From: Fibrobacteria bacterium | GTDB taxonomy: Bacteria > Fibrobacterota > Fibrobacteria > UBA11236 | DNA length: 64,000 nt | NCBI GenBank assembly: GCA_043745805.1 | Contig: JAYTSD010000044.1 | Coordinates: 30,280 to 94,279 of the forward strand | Direction of reading: 5' to 3' | Shown here: in pieces, positions 1-7,391 of the stretch | Numbering within the stretch: position 1 is the stretch's first letter | Layout of the letters: each line of letters opens with the position of its first letter | Notes under the pieces: model-generated | Seen by the model: the letters and a program-made list of their open reading frames with translations, nothing else | Told to the model about the DNA's origin: nothing | Databases searched by the model: none | Made by a program: the position numbers and the translations under genes

Positions 1-1524
1 AAGGTCTGAGCCCATACCGATGGATTGAATAAAAAAATGTTGCTGCCAAGGGGCTACGGTTCCCGGACCATAAAGATTAGCATCATATTCATAGAGATAG
101 CCTATTCCCGCAGGGTTAACCGCATTCTTTACCTTTTTTAAATGCTGCATATTATTTGCGAGTAACAAACTATAATCTGCCGCGATATCATCGCCTGCTG
201 GCGCAATGCCCACATACTGTGTTAAAGTTCGCATACACCAAGCATAGCCTCGTGTTTGGCCATTATAATAACGGGATGTTCCTAAATTAGGGGACGAAGG
301 ATCCGTTGTCCAATCTACCGCGCCTGCCATGAGATAAGCGGTGGCAACTTGATTTTCCATGGTTTCGAGATAAAAATAATCGCCGGTAATTATATAGGCG
401 AGATAGCCACCAGATCCATGATGCGAGTTTTCCCAGCTTAAATTTCCCGCACCCGAATTGGTACTACCACCTTGATCCGCTCCATCAAGACTCCAATTGG
501 GTTTGTTCGAAGGTTTAGTCGGAAGATTGGTCCCACTCTCATTCCATTCAATAGCATAATTATTAATAGCTTTAGCATTGGCCAGCACGGCTTTATAAGC
601 ACGTGGATCACCGAGAGAGGTTATAAACATCGCATCCCATAGCGGCATAAGACCTAATTGCGCTTGATAACCCGTTTCCCCCATATTCACGGTCCAATCT
701 CCATTTTGATTTGGAGCATAATTTTGATAAAGTCCATTTAATACTATTGCGCTTGGGGTATTAATCATATAGTTTGGAACCAACTTAGCGAATTTTAAAT
801 ATTGCGTATCATGTCTAGGTGTTACCTGTGGATCCCCGCCAACCCAACCTTCAGCCGTCCAACGGGTATGCGCATAATGCGTTAAACTTGCACCCGCATT
901 ATTATAAACTGTTGTTCCACCAATAATAATGGTGGGAATATAATTTTTATTAGCCGTAGTTTTGTCGAGATAGCCATTTTCAATAACCGTACGTATCCAA
1001 ATTTTTCCGCCTTTATATAAGCGAACATAAAACCACACCGCTAAGGTAGCATCGCTGCCCACAGCGGATCGATAATGCGCTTCAACCATTTCGGGACCAA
1101 TAATCCAAGTGCGAAAAGGCGTAGCTAAAAGACTAGATAAATTAACTGTTCCTATAGTGCCCAATTTAACGGAAGCAGAAGGATTAGCGGTGGCAATATT
1201 TGCAGCGACAAGATTTACACCTGAAGGAATTAAGGAACTATCCACATTTACCGTTAAGGGGACTCCCGAAGTCAAAGCCACTTGTCCCGAAGCAATAGCA
1301 TGTTTAACGCTGCCATCATTCCAGCGTCTTTTAACTATAACTTGCGAGGTAACAATATTTAATTTCGGAACATTCGGAATATCCCCTTTTTTAAAACCAA
1401 GCCCCACCGTAAAAGGCAATGTTCCACTGGTTGCTGAGGTTAATTGAAAAGTAGTGATGGGAGCAGAATAAGTATTGAGACTAATAATGAATTGAGCCAA
1501 AACGAAGAGGATGATTTTATTCAT
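1..1524 (-). CDS. Secreted protein, YetA/PcRGLX (exo-rhamnogalacturonan lyase-like) type; runs off the left edge
   Basis: Not in the ORF track because it has no stop in the window. Manual translation from ATG 1524: MNKIILFVLAQFIISLNTYSAPITTFQLTSATSGTLPFTVGLGFKKGD...VKRRWNDGSVKHA, open to position 1. Signal peptide; PFTVG..F..G and WxDGSVK resemble the YetA/PcRGLX N-terminal domain. Confidence 0.65.
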   Translation of the reverse strand, partial: MNKIILFVLAQFIISLNTYSAPITTFQLTSATSGTLPFTVGLGFKKGDIPNVPKLNIVTSQVIVKRRWNDGSVKHAIASGQVALTSGVPLTVNVDSSLIPSGVNLVAANIATANPSASVKLGTIGTVNLSSLLATPFRTWIIGPEMVEAHYRSAVGSDATLAVWFYVRLYKGGKIWIRTVIENGYLDKTTANKNYIPTIIIGGTTVYNNAGASLTHYAHTRWTAEGWVGGDPQVTPRHDTQYLKFAKLVPNYMINTPSAIVLNGLYQNYAPNQNGDWTVNMGETGYQAQLGLMPLWDAMFITSLGDPRAYKAVLANAKAINNYAIEWNESGTNLPTKPSNKPNWSLDGADQGGSTNSGAGNLSWENSHHGSGGYLAYIITGDYFYLETMENQVATAYLMAGAVDWTTDPSSPNLGTSRYYNGQTRGYAWCMRTLTQYVGIAPAGDDIAADYSLLLANNMQHLKKVKNAVNPAGIGYLYEYDANLYGPGTVAPWQQHFFIQSIGMGSDL

Positions 1525-1767
1525 AGTCAACCCTTAAAAAAAGGAATAAGTAAAAAGTTTCTTGGCAGCAATATTAGCCATTGCTAGGGTTAAACTGCAA
1601 ATAATGTTTAACCCTCACCAAAAAATAACTGCCTTGCATAGGATTAAGTATCGCACGGAATGGTTGGCTATGTATAGGGGTTTTATCTCCAATTTATCAT
1701 TTGTTTAGTGAACAAATTTCGTTCCAAGCTCAAATTGTGGAAATTCCACTAGACCTGATACTTGTAT

Positions 1768-2631
1768 TTAAGGAAAGGGAATTGACTCCAAATTAAAAGT
1801 GACGGTGTCTTCGCCTGCATCTGCTCTGAAAATATTTACCGGAATAAGCATTCTCCACTGAGCATGATTCGCATCGATAAAACGACAAACTGTATTGTAA
1901 TCAAGCCGGTAGATTTTCATGTAGGCGTATATGTCGCTGGAATTTTCAGAAAAAGGAATCCAAGCTGTGCTATCCTCTAAATACTGAATCCAGGGTGAAA
2001 TTATTTTTAGGGATGTAGTAGGATGCATATAAAAATCAATACGCCCATCTGGAGTGATGTAGGCTTTAAAGGTTCCGTTACCTCCAAAGATGGTATCGTT
2101 AGTGCCTTGGTAATTTCCCTTATAAATGCCAATCCATTTCGAACTTATTACAGAATTTTTATAGGTAACCTTCATAAATTTAATCACCAATTGAAGATCA
2201 TTTATTTCATAATCAGTTAAGGATCCAATTTCTCCCATATCTATGGTTTCGCCAAAAGATAATTTTGCAAAATGAGAAAAATCTACATGGCCACGATATT
2301 CAAATACCGGATTTTCAACAAACCCATAATTCACATTATTCGAATCTTTTTTTATCAACTGAATAACAAAAGTAAAAAAATCATTTTTACCAATTATCTC
2401 CTGATTATAGATATTACTCTCAATATTTGCCATTTTCAGGGTAACTTTCCCTAAATCCTGAGTTAAGCTAAATCGAATCTTTTGATTGTAAGCAAGACCG
2501 AGATCCGAAAAGACATGTCTTTTTTCAATTCCCAAATGCTTATCGGGACCAGGATTTTCCAAGCATCCATTAAGAACGCCAAGCAAAAAACAAAAAAGGA
2601 AATTAACGCCTATGCTACTGATAAACTTCAT
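1768..2631 (-). CDS. Putative lipoprotein, paralog of the adjacent gene
   Basis: ORF 1768..2658; likely start MKFISS (2631); lipobox-like LNGC; shares GVLNGCLENPGPDKHLGIEKRH and C-terminal DTVTFNxESI with its neighbour. Confidence 0.8.
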   Translation of the reverse strand: MKFISSIGVNFLFCFLLGVLNGCLENPGPDKHLGIEKRHVFSDLGLAYNQKIRFSLTQDLGKVTLKMANIESNIYNQEIIGKNDFFTFVIQLIKKDSNNVNYGFVENPVFEYRGHVDFSHFAKLSFGETIDMGEIGSLTDYEINDLQLVIKFMKVTYKNSVISSKWIGIYKGNYQGTNDTIFGGNGTFKAYITPDGRIDFYMHPTTSLKIISPWIQYLEDSTAWIPFSENSSDIYAYMKIYRLDYNTVCRFIDANHAQWRMLIPVNIFRADAGEDTVTFNLESIPFP

Positions 2632-3455
2632 ATCCATTCTCCAAAAAGAAATTTCCAAACGAAATGTTTAAGGCAAAAATTAACGTGGAGTAATGGATTC
2701 AAAATTAAAAGTAACCGTATCTACTGCCAACAGACTTTGCCTATAATAATGAGGATTTAACATCATCCATTTACCATGTTTCGCATCTATAAGCCCACCA
2801 AGAACATTAAACAATATATGATGTTCGCTATAATAATATTCCGCATAATGCCAACCCTCATTATAATAAGGTGCAAAAGGAATCAAGGCTATAGAATCAT
2901 TTACAAAGGTATTAGCATGCAAAAAAATATCCGTATTCCCCTGCGCATCAATATAAGCGTGAAAATTTCCTGCATGACCATAAAGGGTATCGCTGGTTCC
3001 TAAATAGGTTCCCTTATAAATACCACTCCATTTCGAATTTAAAATCGAATCCTTGTACGAAGCTTTTATGAAATTAATTTGCAATTCGAGATCTTGTATT
3101 TCATAATCAACTAGGGATCCAATGAGTCCCAAATTTCTGGTTTCATAAGGTGAAAGTTTTTCCATATGACCATAATATTCAAAAACTGCATCTTCCAAAA
3201 AATAACGTGTGTCCAAAAGATAAGGATTTATTTTTTTTAATTGAATAATAAAATCAAGACTATCATAGATTTCAGGACCTCTAAAATCATTGGTAACTTT
3301 CAAGTTAATCTTCCTCAAATCTTGGGTCAAATCGAATTCAATTGCCTCATGATTTGGAAGTACTGAAGAGAAGTGGGCATGTCTCTTTTCAATTCCCAAA
3401 TGCTTATCGGGACCAGGATTTTCCAAGCATCCATTAAGAACACCAAGCAAAAAAC
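2514..3455. repeat. 78-bp near-identical direct repeat (2514-2591 and 3378-3455) encoding the shared lipoprotein N-terminus
   Basis: Direct comparison of the two copies shows 2 mismatches in 78 nt. Confidence 0.9.
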
Positions 3456-3495
3456 CAAAGAAGAAATAAACACCGGTTTTGATTTTTAATTTCAT
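2680..3495 (-). CDS. Putative lipoprotein, paralog of the adjacent gene
   Basis: ORF 2680..3525; ATG at 3495 (MKLKIK) overlaps the upstream TGA (ATGA); lipobox LNGC. Confidence 0.8.
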   Translation of the reverse strand: MKLKIKTGVYFFFGFLLGVLNGCLENPGPDKHLGIEKRHAHFSSVLPNHEAIEFDLTQDLRKINLKVTNDFRGPEIYDSLDFIIQLKKINPYLLDTRYFLEDAVFEYYGHMEKLSPYETRNLGLIGSLVDYEIQDLELQINFIKASYKDSILNSKWSGIYKGTYLGTSDTLYGHAGNFHAYIDAQGNTDIFLHANTFVNDSIALIPFAPYYNEGWHYAEYYYSEHHILFNVLGGLIDAKHGKWMMLNPHYYRQSLLAVDTVTFNFESITPR

Positions 3496-5567
3496 ATGCG
3501 TATACCCAAAAAAAATCCATTCCATTGAATACCTTGATAATCACCGAACCAATTTTCTCCATCCCTATTAGGGTTTAAATTTGGACGAGTGGCTTTATCC
3601 CAAATTTCTGCATTATAATTCATACCACCAAAAATGGAAAAATAACGTATCGGGGAATAACCTAAAAATAAACGTAACCTTGAATGATAACTGGTATTGT
3701 CCATATCTTGGTCATTATAAATTATTCCCACCCCCAAATCCGCATCTGCAAAAAATGGCTTACGGGGGAAATGCATTCCTATACCTGCACTACCTCCCCA
3801 AAGATGGTGAGGACTAAGCCCTTTCATATCGAATGAGAAATAATTGTAATTGTGAGGTCCTCCTAATAGAAAGGCGGTACGTAACATAGACCTTTCATCA
3901 AAAGTCATTTCCACATTGTGCATGCCATTACCAATCAAATTTATCAATCCTATTACGCCACCTTTACTATGCTTGGCATAATTAATGAGGCCAACTTGTA
4001 TTCCCTCTGATTCTTTATCAACATTTATAACTCCAGCTTGTAAGCCTTTATTTTCATTAGATATATTCAACAAACCCAACTGCAAACCCTTTGCTATTCC
4101 CGTATAGTTAACCATCCCAATTTGCAAACCTTCCAGTGTATCTACGGCATTAACCAAGCCAGAAATTTGTACACCACAATGTTGCTGCAATTCCGAATTA
4201 AAAAGTATTGCAAATTGCAAACCCTTCGATCCGCCTTCACTGCTATTTACCATCCCACATTGCAAACCATTCATGTTACCTAAAGTTTTATTTAATCCTA
4301 AGCACAGTTGTAATCCTTGAATTGAAAAAGCTTTTCCAACTAATAGATTCAAAGAGACATTATGAGAATAGGTAACAGAATCTGTTCCAGGATAACCTAC
4401 TGAGGGCACTATAGCGGCTCTGAATGGGATCCATGTTTCTCTTTGAATAGGTGACCTTTCAATATTAGTATTAGTGTCTAGATCCGTATTCAGCGAATCA
4501 GTTCCTCCACGACTTTGAGTTTTCTCTTTGGCTACCGGAGTAAAGTTATTCATACTCACCGGTAAGTGAGCGGATTTTTCCACATTCACTAAAGCCCGAA
4601 ACAATGACCCGCCTTGTTTTAGACTGATATCATACATTCCAGGTTCTAAACCTAGTTCTACATTTCGACCCAATGTCTTCTGCAATTCAGCCACCAAGGC
4701 ACCTGAAGCGGCTCTTACAAAAAGTCGTCCTTCCATTTTTGCATCCATAACCAATCCAGCTGAAGTGCCACGCAAATCGGTAAGTACCAAATCACCGGTT
4801 CCAGTAAGACGCATATCGTAACTTGGATGTTGCGCCCCCGCTTGGCTACCCTCGGTTTGAGCCAAAGTTTCTTGAAAAGCAAATTCATAAGCTTCACCTA
4901 AGGTCACTTTGCCATCTTGATTTCTATCAGCGGCGCCTCTTAATCCCGTCACTAAAAAATGTGTAAAATAGGAAGCGCGAATACGTTCCGATTCTTGCGC
5001 GGATTCTGTTCCTGAACTTGCGGTTAAAAAAGCATACCCAGAAAGATTAGCGCTTTCATCTACTGAAAATGCCGGTAAACGGCTTCCACCCTTTATGCGA
5101 GTGAGTGCTCCGGATGCACAAGCATCTACCACGGCTAAACGAATTTTAGCGGGAGCGGCATCAATGCGCGATCGAAAATCGGGATAAGACAATTTTTCTG
5201 CGCCGAACATCAATCCATTTTCATCGGAATGGCCGGAAAAATAAACTAATAATTCGGGTTTCCATCCGCCATCCTTTGCATTAGCAATGCGGCCACGCAA
5301 AATTTGCATCGCTGCTAAAAATTGTGCCAGCGTGGGTTCTTTCAATAAAACCATATCGTCGCGTGATACTCCTCCCAATTCTACTAATACATTGGAAAAG
5401 GTACTGGCATCGGTATTGGCATACCGTAGCTTGACGCGAGAAGAACCACCATCATTCGCTCCCACTACCAGAGCAAAACGCCGAAACCCAAGTTCTTTAT
5501 CTGGATTAACATCGGCGTTACATAATAATAAAGCAATACCCAGTAGGAAAATCCCAACGAATTTCAT
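3492..5567 (-). CDS. Secreted caspase-family (peptidase C14) protein with glycine-rich GxQxG repeats and a probable C-terminal beta-barrel
   Basis: Signal peptide; RFALVVGANDG, LRYANTDA, YFSGHS (catalytic His), VVDACASG (catalytic Cys), SYFTHFLVTGLRGAAD; repeated GLQxGxxN units; ends FFLGIRI. Confidence 0.85.
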   Translation of the reverse strand: MKFVGIFLLGIALLLCNADVNPDKELGFRRFALVVGANDGGSSRVKLRYANTDASTFSNVLVELGGVSRDDMVLLKEPTLAQFLAAMQILRGRIANAKDGGWKPELLVYFSGHSDENGLMFGAEKLSYPDFRSRIDAAPAKIRLAVVDACASGALTRIKGGSRLPAFSVDESANLSGYAFLTASSGTESAQESERIRASYFTHFLVTGLRGAADRNQDGKVTLGEAYEFAFQETLAQTEGSQAGAQHPSYDMRLTGTGDLVLTDLRGTSAGLVMDAKMEGRLFVRAASGALVAELQKTLGRNVELGLEPGMYDISLKQGGSLFRALVNVEKSAHLPVSMNNFTPVAKEKTQSRGGTDSLNTDLDTNTNIERSPIQRETWIPFRAAIVPSVGYPGTDSVTYSHNVSLNLLVGKAFSIQGLQLCLGLNKTLGNMNGLQCGMVNSSEGGSKGLQFAILFNSELQQHCGVQISGLVNAVDTLEGLQIGMVNYTGIAKGLQLGLLNISNENKGLQAGVINVDKESEGIQVGLINYAKHSKGGVIGLINLIGNGMHNVEMTFDERSMLRTAFLLGGPHNYNYFSFDMKGLSPHHLWGGSAGIGMHFPRKPFFADADLGVGIIYNDQDMDNTSYHSRLRLFLGYSPIRYFSIFGGMNYNAEIWDKATRPNLNPNRDGENWFGDYQGIQWNGFFLGIRI

Positions 5568-6466
5568 TTTCCCTCCTGAGGGCGAGCATGTGAAGAAGAT
5601 ATTTCTTTCTCAATAGTATAAGTGTATTGCCTAAATGTACTGGGCAAGGCCATTAAAGTATCGGAAACATTTTGGCTGAAAGCAAATTCCCTGCGAATCA
5701 ATCTCAGCAGACTATCGCAAGCAAATGGTTCGGATGAAGTAAGCAAATAAAATCGTTCATACTTAGGAGCCTGATCTAATCGAAATGCATTCGGAAGCCC
5801 TTGCATATTACCCTCTTGTAGTTTTAAGGCTGGCCCCTCCGTTTCAGGAAAATGTAAAGTCATATTTCCCGCACCGTCACGAGAAAATATCATTCCATAA
5901 ACAGATTTTCGATTATGATAAAATACCTGCAAAATATCTCCGGCCTTGGCCTTATCATGAGGAAGTAGTAATTCCGTTCCTAATTTGGTTTTTCGGAAAA
6001 TCACTAAACCCGATTCAGTACCTTTTAAAAGAATATCAGGAGTTTCCGTAGCTAGTGGAATAAGGCTTGCATCGGATCCACGAATTTCAACTTGATTTTG
6101 CATTGGTCGCAAGGTTAAAAAAATACCCACTATTAAAGTAGCCAATGCAGGAAATCCATAACGTAGTTTAAACAAATTCTGTCTAAGTGTTTGCCGTCCA
6201 TTTTCAGCACCGAGTAGGGAATATTTTTTTTGTTTAAGATGATTAAGGCGAGTTTGCTGGCGACGTTGAATAGCTATTGCCATTGCTTTAGGTTCATAGG
6301 CTGTTAAAATCTCTTCATTCGATTTTCGAATACCGTTAACGCGCTCTTGCAATACGCTATCTGTTTCACAAAACATTTGAATCTGTGCATTGCGTTTTGC
6401 ATCTAATTCACCTGCTACAAAGCGCTCTAACATTAAATCGGATATTTCATTTAATTCTTGTTTCAT
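5564..6466 (-). CDS. Putative membrane anti-sigma factor with a DUF4384/ActD-like extracytoplasmic domain
   Basis: N-terminal SDLMLERFVAGEL helix, single TM (LATLIVGIFLTL), LLKG motif, GDILQV...YGMIFSRDGAGNMTLHFP...LPNAFRLD..P..ERF; directly downstream of the ECF sigma. Confidence 0.7.
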   Translation of the reverse strand: MKQELNEISDLMLERFVAGELDAKRNAQIQMFCETDSVLQERVNGIRKSNEEILTAYEPKAMAIAIQRRQQTRLNHLKQKKYSLLGAENGRQTLRQNLFKLRYGFPALATLIVGIFLTLRPMQNQVEIRGSDASLIPLATETPDILLKGTESGLVIFRKTKLGTELLLPHDKAKAGDILQVFYHNRKSVYGMIFSRDGAGNMTLHFPETEGPALKLQEGNMQGLPNAFRLDQAPKYERFYLLTSSEPFACDSLLRLIRREFAFSQNVSDTLMALPSTFRQYTYTIEKEISSSHARPQEGK

Positions 6467-6987
6467 TACGAATCCTTTCCCATCAAGCTTTGGGAGTTAC
6501 TCTTCTTTTCCCATGCATTGCCACCTTTTTGGGCAATATGGGTTTTTAAATTTTCTAACCGTCGACGAACGCCCGCCGCCGATATTTCTACTACTTCACT
6601 GATTTCAGAATAAGTCAAGCCATCCACATAATGCAAAACCGCCATAACCTTGGTACTTTGCGGTTGCCGATGAAATATCCAGTCTATTATGCGCTTCACT
6701 TGAAAAGTTTTTTCAATGTCTTCGGAAGAAGCAATGGTTGCTAATAGTTCATTGTTTTCGCGATACCGATTTTCAGCCAGATTGATTTTATCTAAACAAA
6801 TTCGCGTGGCAGCGGTAAATAAATAACTGGTAGGATATTCAATTTCTGAAGGATGATTATTGAGTAGGCGTAGAAAAACCTCCTGCATGGCATCCAAAGC
6901 ACTGTCTTTATCTCCCAGCATTTGCTGGCATCGTCTTAAAACCATGGGTCCATGCTTCCTATACAATTCCTCAATATCCATCACCAA
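6466..6987 (-). CDS. ECF RNA polymerase sigma factor
   Basis: 173 aa; region 2 (LYRKHGPMVLRRC...DAMQEVFLRL) and region 4 (LHYVDGLTYSEISEVV...GVRRRL). Confidence 0.92.
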   Translation of the reverse strand: MVMDIEELYRKHGPMVLRRCQQMLGDKDSALDAMQEVFLRLLNNHPSEIEYPTSYLFTAATRICLDKINLAENRYRENNELLATIASSEDIEKTFQVKRIIDWIFHRQPQSTKVMAVLHYVDGLTYSEISEVVEISAAGVRRRLENLKTHIAQKGGNAWEKKSNSQSLMGKDS

Positions 6988-7034
6988 TTGAACTTTCCTT
7001 TCGGAACCCCTTTAAAAGGCGCCCTTCAAATATG

Positions 7035-7062
7035 TAACGGCTCAGAAAACCAAAAGCGTCAC
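7035..7062 (-). promoter_or_regulatory. Candidate autoregulatory ECF promoter
   Basis: Minus strand reads GTGACGC-16 nt-CGTTA about 48 nt upstream of the sigma start; the CGT -10 core and 16-nt spacer are typical of ECF promoters. Confidence 0.4.
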
Positions 7063-7220
7063 TAAAAAATTATTTTTTTGATTTAAGCCGTAAATGGACC
7101 AAATGAGTTATTGCAGCAATGCAAGCAAATATAAATTGCAATATATTTAAAATTCTGCCCGATTCACATTTGTAATATAACTATGCCTGCGCTTGGAAAA
7201 GAAAATAATTCAGTCCGTAC

Positions 7221-7246
7221 CAAAAAAAGGCCCCTAATTAGGGGCT
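7221..7246 (-). terminator. Rho-independent terminator after the DHOR gene
   Basis: Minus strand AGCCCCTAATTAGGGGCC followed by T7. Confidence 0.7.
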
Positions 7247-7391
7247 ATAAATTTAAAAATATTTAATTGAGGGGGTGGATGAGGATCCCGCGGTTCACAG
7301 GGGCATGTGGATATGCCCCACAATTACCGTGAAGCCGAAGCCAGGGGGAGTATCTTTAGGGTTACCTAAATTATTCTCCCCCTAAGAATGC

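Noticed and set aside
1109-1447. 112-aa plus-strand ORF
   Set aside because: Antisense shadow of the long minus-strand gene 1..1524
3940-4330. Periodic DNA similarity (tgcaaacc-like units)
   Set aside because: Explained by the GLQxG protein repeats of the caspase gene; not an independent DNA repeat
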